A stretch of DNA of 44,923 nucleotides, from positions 1 to 44,923 of the forward strand of contig SCVI01000037.1 of assembly GCA_004296925.1 (NCBI GenBank), read 5' to 3'. The position numbers and the translations under genes were made by a program. This document shows, one piece after another, positions 8,549-18,400 of the stretch (the first letter of the stretch is position 1; the number at the start of each line of letters is the position of its first letter). The notes beneath the pieces are model-generated. The model was not told where the DNA came from and ran no database searches. It saw nothing but the letters and a program-made list of their open reading frames with translations. Source of the DNA: Patescibacteria group bacterium (GTDB lineage: Bacteria; Patescibacteriota; Minisyncoccia; Phycocordibacterales; Phycocordibacteraceae).

Positions 8549-9697
8549 CTACTCGCGACTCGCGTCACGAACCGCTTTCGCTACTGCCGTCACCACTCCT
8601 TTATCAAAGACATCGGGGATTACAGTATCAACACTCGGTACCGCGACATACTCAGCAAGTGCGATGGTGGCAGCGCGTTTCATATGATCTGTAATTTGAG
8701 GAGCCCTAACATCAAGTACACCTCTAAAAATACCTGGATACGCGAGTACATTGTTTACTTGGTTAGGAAAATCACTCCTGCCTGTTGCTACCACTTTTGC
8801 TCCAGCCTCTTTTGCAACATCTGGCATAATTTCAGGTATTGGGTTTGCGAGCGCAAAAATAATTGGATGAGTTGCCATTTCACGCACCATGTCAGCTGTG
8901 AGCGCTCCACCAACACTCACTCCAATAAACACATCGCGCCCCACAATACCGTCTGCAAGTGAACCAGATACGTTAGTAACGTTGGTTGTTTCAAGTAATT
9001 TTTTCTTGATTGGAGTAAGGTCAGTTCTCTCTTTTGAAATAATTCCTTGACTATCAGCCACGATTATATCTTTTGCACCAAAGTTAAAAAGTGCCTTCAC
9101 TATCGCTACTCCCGCAGCGCCTGCTCCATTCACAAGAATTTTAGCTGTTTCAAACGAACGGCCTGTAATTTTGAAAGCATTAATAATACCCGCCACTACT
9201 ACCACTGCCGTTCCGTGCTGATCATCGTGCATCACTGGAATGTCTAATTCGTTTTTCAGTCGTTCCTCAATTTCAAAACAACGCGGAGCAGAGATGTCTT
9301 CCAAATTGACTGCACCAAATGAGCCGGAAATTTCTTTCACTGTTTGCACAAACACATCAATGTCTCGCGTTTTGAGTGCGAGTGGAAATGCATCAATATT
9401 GGCGAATTTTTTAAAAAGAGCGCATTTTCCTTCCATAACAGGAAGCGAAGCAGATGCGCCAATGTCGCCTAAGCCTAGTACCGCAGAACCATCAGTAATA
9501 ACCGCCACCATGTTTCCTCGAGAGGTCACATCCCATACTGCGTCAGGGTTCCTTACTATTTCTCGACATGCTTCTGCAACGCCGGGGGTGTATGCAAGAG
9601 AAAGGTCGTACCGTGTATCAAGAGGGACCTTGGATGTTACTTCCAACTTACCTTTATGTTTTTTATGAAACTTCAATGATTCTTCATAAATATCCAT
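8549..9697 (-). CDS. NAD(P)-dependent malic enzyme (short, ~380-aa form)
   Basis: LSLAYTPGVAEACREI, DGSAVLGLGDIG, MHDDQHGTAVV and NGAGAAGVAI match the small bacterial malic enzyme family. Confidence 0.93.
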   Translation of the reverse strand: MDIYEESLKFHKKHKGKLEVTSKVPLDTRYDLSLAYTPGVAEACREIVRNPDAVWDVTSRGNMVAVITDGSAVLGLGDIGASASLPVMEGKCALFKKFANIDAFPLALKTRDIDVFVQTVKEISGSFGAVNLEDISAPRCFEIEERLKNELDIPVMHDDQHGTAVVVVAGIINAFKITGRSFETAKILVNGAGAAGVAIVKALFNFGAKDIIVADSQGIISKERTDLTPIKKKLLETTNVTNVSGSLADGIVGRDVFIGVSVGGALTADMVREMATHPIIFALANPIPEIMPDVAKEAGAKVVATGRSDFPNQVNNVLAYPGIFRGVLDVRAPQITDHMKRAATIALAEYVAVPSVDTVIPDVFDKGVVTAVAKAVRDASRE

Positions 9698-9706
9698 ACG
9701 TACATT

Positions 9707-11881
9707 TTACTTCGCGACTTTTACGGCCTCTTCTAATTTCACTGACAATACTTTTGATACTCCGTCATTCCCCATGGTGACACCATAAAGAATTCCAGCG
9801 CGCGACATAGTTTCTCTGTTGTGTGTGATGACGGCAAGTTGAGATTTTTTTGAAAGCGCCTCAACCATGTCACCGTATCTACGACTATTAGACTCATCGA
9901 GCGCGGCGTCGGTTTCATCAAGCACCAAAAATGGAGGAGGGTTAACCGATGACATAGCAAAAATAAGCGCAATTGAGGTAAGGGCTCTTTCTCCACCTGA
10001 AAGCATTACGAGAGATTTTACACGTTTTCGTGGAATTGAAAGTGAAATGTCTATCCCTGGCACGGTCTCTCCTGACTCCTCTTCAGATTCTGATTCTTCT
10101 CCAGGTGTTTCAATACGCCTTCTCACTGGTTCCGCAACGCGCACAAGAGCAGCTGTGCCTCCGTCAAACATCATTGCAAATAGTTTTGTAAACTCTGCAT
10201 TAATTGCATCTATCCCATCTTTAAAACGAACACTAAGTTCTTGTTCAAGGTTTTGAATCAAATCCTTCAAAGACGCAGATGCGCTTTGTAGGTCTGCAAG
10301 CTCATGCTCCAAAAACGCCTCACGCTCAGAAGCGTCTTTGTATTCTTTAAGAGTGTCAGCACCAGCGCCTGTACCTGCTTCTTCAAGTCGAATTTTTGTT
10401 TTTTCCAGTTCGCGTTTCTCTGCTGATTGATGTTCACGTGACGCTTTTTCTTCAATGTGTTCTGCTTGATATCCCAGTATTTCACGACCTATGAGCATTC
10501 CTGCTTCCTCGAGTTCCCTCTCAAATTCCGCTCTTTCAAGCGAGAGTCTTTCTCGCTCAGACTGTTTCATGCTGAGGTTATGACGCACATCGCGTTCAGC
10601 TGAAGCAAGTTCAAAGAGTGCGCGTTCCTTATCGCGTTCGTTGTCTCTTGCGGCATCCAACTCAGCACGAATATTGTCTAACGAAGATGCGAGCTCTGTT
10701 TCTTTAATGGCAAGTGCTTTTTCTGACTCGCGCGCCTCATCACGCTCTGCCTTCAATGCGGTGATGTCTGATGAATCATGCGCGGAATCGGCGCTCAACG
10801 CACGAAAGCGTGCAAAAAATTCTTTTATGTAAGTAATAATTTCAGCAACAGATTTTGATTCCAAGCTTTGCATTGATTGCTCTCCCTCCTCTACGAGCTT
10901 AGTTATTTCCTGTGACGGAACGCTTGCGCTTTTGATGGTGCGTTCCATCCCTTCAATAGTTCCATCGAGACGAGACGCTTTTCGAAGTGCTTCGGCGCGT
11001 TCGCGTCGCACCGTGTCAAGTGCGGAGGAGACTTCAAAAATGACCGTGCCTCGCTTGTCCTCCGCAGAGTCAGCAAGCGAATGTTTCGCTTCTGCTACTT
11101 TTTGAGAAATGGTGTCGAGTTCTTTGTTGAGCGTTGTAAGTGAAGAATCGATTGAGTGTTTAGAAGTTTCCAAATACACCTCCTCTTGTTTAAAGTATGT
11201 ACGAAAACGAATAAGTGCTGATGCGCGGAGCGCTTCAGCTTTTTCCAACTTTTCTACTTGTCGTTTTAAAAATCTCAAATGAGGTGCAATTTCCCTGCGA
11301 AGTGCTTCAACTTGCCGCATATTCTCATCTGTCTTTTCAAGTTTGCGCGTAGATTCCTCAAGTTTATATTGGTACGCTTTAAGACCAAGCGCATCCTCTA
11401 ACATTTCTCTTCGCTCTCTTACCGAGGCCGAAAGAATTTTATCTGCTTCGCCTTGCGAAATAATATGGTGCCCCGTGGCTCCAATATTTGCACCTGCAAG
11501 CAACTCCATAATATCTTTGAGTCGGACCGATGAACCGTTCATTTTGTATTCGTTCACCCCATCGCGGTGAACAACTCGCTCAATTGAAACCTCATCAAAA
11601 TCAATATTAAGAAATCGCGAAGAATTATCGAACACAATCACGACAGAGGCGCGGTTGGCACGAGGAGATGTGGGCGACCCATTCCATATCATGTCTTCAC
11701 CACGTTTACCGCGCATCGATTTCATGGATTGCTCGCCTAAAACAAAACGAATAGCCTCAGCTACGTTTGATTTTCCAGAGCCATTAGGGCCAACAATGGA
11801 AACTATAGGTACGTTAAAATCAAACGAAGTTTTCTTAGCGAATGACTTGAAACCAGTAATATCGAGACGAACCAGATGCAT
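9707..11881 (-). CDS. smc: SMC-family chromosome segregation ATPase, unusually short (724 aa) and without a recognisable hinge
   Basis: N-terminal head: ITGFKSFAKKT...IVGPNGSGKSNVAEAIRFVLGEQS. C-terminal head: LSGGERALTSIAL, FLVLDETDAALD, VITHN. The middle is a continuous charged coiled-coil-like sequence. The gene follows rnc, as in many bacteria. Confidence 0.85.
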   Translation of the reverse strand: MHLVRLDITGFKSFAKKTSFDFNVPIVSIVGPNGSGKSNVAEAIRFVLGEQSMKSMRGKRGEDMIWNGSPTSPRANRASVVIVFDNSSRFLNIDFDEVSIERVVHRDGVNEYKMNGSSVRLKDIMELLAGANIGATGHHIISQGEADKILSASVRERREMLEDALGLKAYQYKLEESTRKLEKTDENMRQVEALRREIAPHLRFLKRQVEKLEKAEALRASALIRFRTYFKQEEVYLETSKHSIDSSLTTLNKELDTISQKVAEAKHSLADSAEDKRGTVIFEVSSALDTVRRERAEALRKASRLDGTIEGMERTIKSASVPSQEITKLVEEGEQSMQSLESKSVAEIITYIKEFFARFRALSADSAHDSSDITALKAERDEARESEKALAIKETELASSLDNIRAELDAARDNERDKERALFELASAERDVRHNLSMKQSERERLSLERAEFERELEEAGMLIGREILGYQAEHIEEKASREHQSAEKRELEKTKIRLEEAGTGAGADTLKEYKDASEREAFLEHELADLQSASASLKDLIQNLEQELSVRFKDGIDAINAEFTKLFAMMFDGGTAALVRVAEPVRRRIETPGEESESEEESGETVPGIDISLSIPRKRVKSLVMLSGGERALTSIALIFAMSSVNPPPFLVLDETDAALDESNSRRYGDMVEALSKKSQLAVITHNRETMSRAGILYGVTMGNDGVSKVLSVKLEEAVKVAK

Positions 11882-11949
11882 GGTGCCTATTGTACTATTA
11901 AAAAAATAAAAGCTTACGCAAGCTCTTTTGATGAGGATATCCTTGGTGT

Positions 11950-12684
11950 CTATTTAGTATCTTTTTCCTTAAGTGCTTTAACTGCGGCCTGCTGTTCGGC
12001 CTCTTGTTTCGACTTTCCTTCTCCTTCAGCAACAAGGATATCGCCTACTGATACTGAAATAACAAAACGCTTATCATGATCTGGTCCGTCAGCTCGTACG
12101 GTTTCATATTTTGGGGTCATTCCATACTTTGCTTGTGCAAATTCTTGAAATGCACTTTTTGCGTCTCTCCATGCGCCTGTCTTTAACACTTCTGTAATAC
12201 GAGGAAAGACGTGAGAAGCAATAAATGCGTCGGCCGCTTTGTATCCTTGATCCATGTAAAGCGCTCCTACAATTGCTTCAAAAGCATTCGCAAGAATAGT
12301 CGAACGGGCACGCCCTACATCTTTTGCTTCACCTCTCGAAAGTAACAAACACTCATTTACGCCAAGCTCTTCAGCGATACCCGCAAGCATCACTGCATTT
12401 ACTAACGCAGCACGATAACTTGTGAGCTCTCCTTCGTTTTCCTCGGGATAAGCGCGATACAAATAATCAGTAACAGAAAGTTCAAGTACCGCATCCCCCA
12501 AAAACTCGAGACGTTCATTGTGCTCAGTTGGCCCGTTTCCGTTTTTTCCTGCTGCAACTCTTGCCTCATTCAAATATGAACGGTGCGTAAATGCAGTTTC
12601 AAGAAAACGAGCGTCCTTAAAAGAAACACCTGCTTTTTTCTCAAACGCTTTTATGGCATCGGTATGTGCAGTATCTACAGACAT
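11950..12684 (-). CDS. rnc: ribonuclease III
   Basis: 244 aa with the RNase III signature NERLEFLGDAVLE and a C-terminal dsRBD (GPDHDKRFVISV...GEGKSKQEAEQQAA). Confidence 0.95.
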   Translation of the reverse strand: MSVDTAHTDAIKAFEKKAGVSFKDARFLETAFTHRSYLNEARVAAGKNGNGPTEHNERLEFLGDAVLELSVTDYLYRAYPEENEGELTSYRAALVNAVMLAGIAEELGVNECLLLSRGEAKDVGRARSTILANAFEAIVGALYMDQGYKAADAFIASHVFPRITEVLKTGAWRDAKSAFQEFAQAKYGMTPKYETVRADGPDHDKRFVISVSVGDILVAEGEGKSKQEAEQQAAVKALKEKDTK

Positions 12685-13562
12685 ATTTTTTTGGCGGTGG
12701 CGACACCAGTTTCAATAACCGGCAGAAGATCATCGTAAAGCGAAATAGTACCCAATTCTTCTTCTGAAAACCAGCGTGCCTCTTCTATACCACCCACTTT
12801 TGTTACTATAAGGTTAGTTGGAGCGGTTGCGCATCCAAGGAAGTAGCCAACGGAACGTATAACTTTTCCTGTAGCCGGGTCGTGCGCAATGTACTCGTGT
12901 TCTCCTATTGGTTCAACCTTTTCTACTGACACACCAAGCTCTTCCTTAAGAGCCCTAAGTGCTGCATGTTCAGATAATTCACCCTCAATACATTTTGATT
13001 TTGGAAGTGTCCATTTTTTGAATGCATCAAGTACAAGTGCAACTTTAATCGCCCCCTCCTCTGGCGCAACAAGTAGAAGTCCTCCTAAATGTTCGTGCTT
13101 TAACGGGACAGTTTCTTTAAGTGCGTCATTTTTACCAGGACTTCCAATGGAACGATACACTGCGCCCAACACTCCGTTTACAAATTTTCCACTTGTGTCA
13201 CCGCCGTATGCCTTTGCAAGTTCAATAGCTTCATTCAGTGCAACCTTAGGAGGGACTGCATTTTTATCTCCAAAAAGAAGCTCGTAAAGCCCTACGCGAA
13301 GCACATTCCTATCAATAGGAGCGATATTTTCAATAGGCCATTGCGGTGCAGAAACAGTTATCATCTGATCAATTTCTTCCTTTTTCGCGATGATTCCTAA
13401 GAGTAACCCTTCTGCGAAAGGTATGTCAGCATCACCATCAAGAAATTCTGAAGTATTTCTTAACAAAATTGCATGAGCTGCATCTCCTGTAAATGTGTTC
13501 GTTGAGTCACACTCGAAGAGTGTCTGAAGTACTTGAGATCGTGATAAATGTCGTGAAGCCAT
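12675..13562 (-). CDS. nusB: NusB antitermination factor fused to a C-terminal Nudix-like domain
   Basis: Residues 1-140 are NusB-like (RNVLRVGLYELLF..., NEAIELAKAYGGDTSGKFVNGVLGAV). Residues ~150-295 carry a Nudix-box-like segment, LPKSKCIEGELSEHAALRALKEELGV. It overlaps the rnc start by 10 nt. Confidence 0.85.
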   Translation of the reverse strand: MASRHLSRSQVLQTLFECDSTNTFTGDAAHAILLRNTSEFLDGDADIPFAEGLLLGIIAKKEEIDQMITVSAPQWPIENIAPIDRNVLRVGLYELLFGDKNAVPPKVALNEAIELAKAYGGDTSGKFVNGVLGAVYRSIGSPGKNDALKETVPLKHEHLGGLLLVAPEEGAIKVALVLDAFKKWTLPKSKCIEGELSEHAALRALKEELGVSVEKVEPIGEHEYIAHDPATGKVIRSVGYFLGCATAPTNLIVTKVGGIEEARWFSEEELGTISLYDDLLPVIETGVATAKKICL

Positions 13563-13635
13563 TATGAGAATAGGTTAGAGGGAATAGATTGTATGGTTGA
13601 GTAGAATAGGAAGCACAGACTACAGGATAGCAAAA

Positions 13636-13660
13636 AATAACCCGCGTGAGCGGGGTTATT
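13636..13660 (-). terminator. rho-independent terminator overlapping the rpmF stop
   Basis: AATAACCCGC-gtga-GCGGGGTTATT forms a hairpin with one bulge. On the minus strand it is followed by TTTTTT. The rpmF TAA lies in the stem. Confidence 0.6.
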
Positions 13661-13973
13661 CTTTTTCTGTTTTTTTCTTAGCAACTTTTTTAGGTTTTGC
13701 TTCAGCTTTTACTACCTTTTTTGGCTCTTCAGCTTTTTCTTTCGTTGGCCCAGAATCCTTTTCGCGTTGTTTTAGTGCTTTTCGTCTGCGTTCCAATCGT
13801 GCCGATACTTTATCCATTACTGAACGACCACGGTATAACGTGCCATCCAAAAGCGCTCGGTGGCGAGGGTGCTTGGTGCCGTCTTTAGACTCTGTTAATT
13901 GAGTCTTTTTGAGGGCGTGATGTGAACGTCGGTTACCCGTATGGGCCCGCGTGTGTCTCATTCGTACTACCAT
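13656..13973 (-). CDS. rpmF: 50S ribosomal protein L32 with Lys-rich C-terminal extension
   Basis: MVVRMRHTRAHTGNRRSHHALK matches the L32 N-terminus. The start is placed at Met13 of the 13656..14009 ORF. It is a Cys-less form with a ~50-aa K/E/A-rich tail. Confidence 0.85.
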   Translation of the reverse strand: MVVRMRHTRAHTGNRRSHHALKKTQLTESKDGTKHPRHRALLDGTLYRGRSVMDKVSARLERRRKALKQREKDSGPTKEKAEEPKKVVKAEAKPKKVAKKKTEKE

Positions 13974-14058
13974 TCGCTCGAAGATACCAGAAAACCCGCA
14001 AAACAGCAAGAATTTTAACTTTCCACACTAAGAGAAAGGTATAAAACCTTTGTACTAC

Positions 14059-14391
14059 CTAATTTGGATAAACAGCTCTTTCTGATTGATTAAAGTTATA
14101 TTCATCCTCTCTATTTACATGACGCTCATGCTCGATACGAGAACTATTGTTTATAAGATAGAAGGTCGTTGCTAAAGCAAGTAATCCTCCAACTGCGGAC
14201 ATACTTTTTGTTATCGCTGCCGATAACCCCACCCCGGAGAGCGCTATTCCACTCACGCTAAAACCTAACGCTGTAAGGATAGCAATAATACCAACGGATG
14301 CTGTTCGTCCCGCTCTTTCTGAAAGCATTACCTTTGTTGCCTCTATCGCACTTCTTGGAGGAATATATTCTCCTTCGTGTGTTTTTGACAT
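14059..14391 (-). CDS. hypothetical membrane protein (110 aa, 2-3 TM helices)
   Basis: Hydrophobic core: ASVGIIAILTALGFSVSGIALSGVGLSAAI...AVGGLLALATTFYLI. No competing ORF. No family recognised. Confidence 0.55.
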   Translation of the reverse strand: MSKTHEGEYIPPRSAIEATKVMLSERAGRTASVGIIAILTALGFSVSGIALSGVGLSAAITKSMSAVGGLLALATTFYLINNSSRIEHERHVNREDEYNFNQSERAVYPN

Positions 14392-14393
14392 AA

Positions 14394-14417
14394 AAATACT
14401 ACCCGCAGGTAGTATTT
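14394..14417 (-). terminator. hairpin + T-run directly abutting the 14391 start codon
   Basis: AAATACTACC-cgca-GGTAGTATTT is a perfect 10-bp stem. On the minus strand the stem/T5 run continues straight into the ATG of the next ORF. Confidence 0.45.
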
Positions 14418-14455
14418 AATAATAACACTTAAGGAGTGTTTTGTCAAGTTCCTCT

Positions 14456-14830
14456 TTATTTCATCGCCTCAGTGAATTCTTTCAAAACACTCTCTGTTGC
14501 CTCAGCAAGAGCGTGCACTAATTCTTCTTGATTAAATTTTGTACGGAAGAATCCTGCAACTGCACTTAAGTCTGGTTCTGTACCAGGGGCAAGTCCTTCA
14601 CCAAACTTTGCAAGCTCTTCTTTATCTTCGTCAGAAAGGCGTTCGCCAAGACTGACCAAAAGGTCTGCTGCGATTGCTTCCATAAGATTTTGTTCTACTT
14701 CTTTTCTTTCTTCGTCAGGAACGCGAAGATCGTTCAATGTTTCATCAACCTGTGCGTAAAGTGCCACTACCCTATCGGCCAACGCTTGGTCGACTGGTAC
14801 ATCAGGAAGCTGGTCATCTTGGTCAGTCAT
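14456..14830 (-). CDS. acidic hypothetical protein (124 aa)
   Basis: Its ATG overlaps the rnhB stop (ATGA), which suggests translational coupling. The sequence is helical and D/E-rich with no competing ORF. No family recognised. Confidence 0.6.
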   Translation of the reverse strand: MTDQDDQLPDVPVDQALADRVVALYAQVDETLNDLRVPDEERKEVEQNLMEAIAADLLVSLGERLSDEDKEELAKFGEGLAPGTEPDLSAVAGFFRTKFNQEELVHALAEATESVLKEFTEAMK

Positions 14831-15429
14831 GAAGAAATAGTACCATCCATGATTCGAGAAAGAAATGTCTTACGGTGGAATGGTGACACCCCATAAGCAT
14901 GAAGAGCTTCTATGTGCGCTTTCGTACCATACCCCTTATGCGTTTCAAAACCATATCGAGGTTCATCTTTTGATAACTGAACCATAAAGCGGTCCCTCGT
15001 TACCTTGGCAGCAATGGACGCGAGCATAATGGCAGGTACTAACGCGTCTCCTCCTATGATGGTTTCTTGTTCATACTCTTCGGGGGCTTTAAGAGATCCA
15101 TCGAGATACACTTTGCCCTCGAAAGGATTTGGCATAAGCTTACGAACGCCTTTAGCGAGCGCGTTAGAAATTGCGAACGAAATACCTTTCTCGTCTATTA
15201 CTTCGGCACTTGAAAGACATACCACTGCGCGAACCGTACCTACCTTCATCTCTTCTTGAAGACGTAGAAAAAGCGCTTCTCTTTTTTTCTCTGAAAGTTT
15301 CTTTGAATCGTTAAGTCCAGGAAATATCGACGCGAAATCAAACGTCTCAGATACCGCAACTACTCCAACCGCCACGGGTCCCGCAAGAGGCCCTCTTCCT
15401 GCTTCATCAATTCCTATAATTGTCTTCAT
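14827..15429 (-). CDS. rnhB: ribonuclease HII
   Basis: IGIDEAGRGPLAGPVAVG at the N-terminus, DSKKLS, and 200 aa overall match RNase HII. Confidence 0.95.
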   Translation of the reverse strand: MKTIIGIDEAGRGPLAGPVAVGVVAVSETFDFASIFPGLNDSKKLSEKKREALFLRLQEEMKVGTVRAVVCLSSAEVIDEKGISFAISNALAKGVRKLMPNPFEGKVYLDGSLKAPEEYEQETIIGGDALVPAIMLASIAAKVTRDRFMVQLSKDEPRYGFETHKGYGTKAHIEALHAYGVSPFHRKTFLSRIMDGTISS

Positions 15430-15480
15430 ATAAAAGGTTCAAAAGTCTATCCTAGCGTTTACCACCCAATCAACATTATA

Positions 15481-18400
15481 ATGTCTTCAATGTCGTCTCA
15501 ATTCTCGCACCTCTCAGCCCACAGTCACTATTCACTCCTTGATGGCATTGTGCAAATAGAAGCACTTGTAAAGCAAGCAATGTTTTACGGCATGCCCGCT
15601 GTGGCACTCACAGACAGAAACCATTTATATGGCGCAATCGATTTTTATAAAGAATGCGCAAAATCTGGAATTAAACCAATAATTGGAGTTGATGCCGACG
15701 TTTCAATTGACGAGGTTAACACGCGACTCGTTTTTTTAGCTGAAAATAATGAGGGCTACCGCAACCTATTAAAACTGGTGTCCCACGCACAAATTGATAC
15801 TCCTCCTAGAGGAGAAGAACGAGGACTGATTAGAAACCTGCATATCGAAAAATATCACGAGGGTGTCATTGTTCTTATTCCAGACACAGCACTTACTCTC
15901 CAAAATGCAGGGAAACTTTCAAAAACACTTCGAAGTGTATTTGGCAACGACAATGTATTTGCACGCCTCGGCTGGAATGGCGGAAGAGAACAACAGATAC
16001 GCATAAAAGGTATTGCGACCGCACTCCAGCTTCCACTTGCAGCGTCGGATGATACCTACTATCTAAAACCAGAGGATAGAGAGATAAGAAATATCGTACG
16101 AAAAATTGCTACACCGGGTGTTGCTCCTCAAGAGGAAGATTATGCATTCATAAGTCGAGATACAGCGTTTGACAGATATCGCGATTTCCCTGACGCTCTT
16201 CAAAATGCGAGCGATATTGTTGATCGAGTGTCAGTCACTCTAGAGCTTGGATCATGGGTATTCCCAAAATTTTCAATTCCTGAAGGTGCCACATACGAAA
16301 GCGAGCTCGACGCAGCAATACTTCGAGGAATTAAAGATCGGGGCATAGAGCACACTGAAGAAGTAAAGAGGCGTATTGCATACGAAATGAGCATCATTAA
16401 TGAGAAAGGTTTTGCCCCATACTTTTTGACCGTTTCAGACCTCCTTGGATACGCGAGAGAAAACGGAATTCTTACCACCACACGAGGTTCTGCTGCTGGC
16501 TCACTTGTCTCATATCTCACCGGTATTACGAACGTAGACCCAATGTTGTATCAGCTTCCGTTTGAGCGCTTCCTTAACCCAGAAAGACCATCTGCTCCCG
16601 ATATCGATATGGACTTCGCCGATACCCGTCGCGATGAAATGATTCGCTATGCACGCGAAAAATACGGAGAATCAACGGTGGCACAAATAGGAACATTCGG
16701 CACCATGATGGCGCGTGCCGCTGTTCGCGACATTGCGCGCGCTATGGGATACCCCTACGGCGTGGGCGATAGAATTGCAAAAATGATTCCGCTTGGTTCG
16801 CAAGGTTTTCCTATGACTATTGAACGAGCTCTTGAGATTGAAGAAGATTTAAAAAAGTTATACCAGTCCGATGAAGATGCGGAAATAATTATTAACGCTG
16901 CAAGAAAAGTCGAAGGTAACGCACGACACATTTCTATTCATGCGGCAGGCATAGTTATTGCACCATCTGCAGCATCTGATTATGTTCCAGTGCAATACGA
17001 CCCATCAGGAACTGCAATCATTACTGAGTACGACATGCATGCCGTTGAAGATGCGGGTCTTCTTAAATTCGACTTCCTCGGACTTAAAAACCTTTCCATT
17101 TTAGGCGACTCAATTCAACGGGTTCAAAAACGAAAGGGAGAAAGTATTGATATTGAAAACATTCCGCTTGATGACACGAAAGTATTCGAGATGCTAGCGC
17201 GAGGCGAAACCGAAGGAGTATTCCAGCTAGGGGGCGCTGGTATGACGCATTATCTAAAAGACCTGCAACCATCGTCTATTCACGATATCAACGCCATGGT
17301 GGCACTCTATCGCCCTGGACCTATGATTTCCATACCTGAATACATCAGACGAAAGCATAACCCTCAGCTGGTCACATACCTCGATCCTCGAATGAAAGAA
17401 ATATTAGAGCGCTCATACGGCATCATTACTTACCAAGATGACGTGCTTTTGATTGCTATCCACCTCGCTGGCTATACATGGCTCGAAGCTGACCAACTCA
17501 GAAAAGCAATGGGTAAAAAAATACCTATTGAAATGGAAGCGCAAAAAGAAAAGTTTATCGCGGGCTGTATTGCAAAAGACGCGATGAAAAAAGAGAAGGC
17601 GGAAGAATTGTGGAAACTCATTGAGCCGTTTGCTGCGTACGGGTTCAACAAGGGTCACGCGGCTTCGTACGGAAAAGTGGCATATCAAACGGCGTACATG
17701 AAGGCACACCATCCTGAGGACTACATGGCGTCTCTTCTAAGTGCCGACTCGGGCGACACCGATAAAATTTCCGAACACGTAGCGGAGTGTGAACGTATCG
17801 GCATTCGCATACTTCCTCCTGACGTCAATGAATCGTTTGAATCATTTACCGTCATCGCTCAAGGGATGATTCGTTTCGGTCTTTCAACTATCAAGAACTT
17901 TGGAGAAGGTGCCGCAGAAGCGGTTATTGAAGAGCGGAATAAAAAAGGAAAATTTGTTTCCATTGGTGATTTTCTTTCGCGAGTATCTGCTCAATACATA
18001 AACAAACGTGCCCTTGAATCGCTTATTCGAAGTGGTGTTTTCGATTCGTTCTCAGACAGAGGTGCATTAGTAGCAAACTTAGAAAGACTCATTGAATTTT
18101 CAAAAGACTTATCAAAAGAATCTGATGGACAAAACTCGCTCTTTGGTATTTCAAAACTCCCTAAAGATATTACTCTAGAACCCGCTCCCCCTTTGCCTGC
18201 AATGGAAATGCTGAAATCTGAAAAAGAGCTTTTGGGTATTTATGTTTCAGGACATCCTATTGATCAATTTAAAAACGAACTAAAAGACTATCCTCGTTCA
18301 GTAAAGAATGCGCTTGCTGAAGAAAGAAATGGTTATCCACTCACTGTAGGTGGCGTTGTTGAAGAAGTTAAAACGATTCTTACTAAAAAAGGCGATAAGA

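Noticed and set aside
8318-8962. 214-aa plus-strand ORF spanning the gdhA/malic-enzyme junction
   Set aside because: It is antisense to two strongly motif-supported genes. Its product is Cys/Ser/Arg/His-rich with no domain features, so it looks like a typical shadow ORF.
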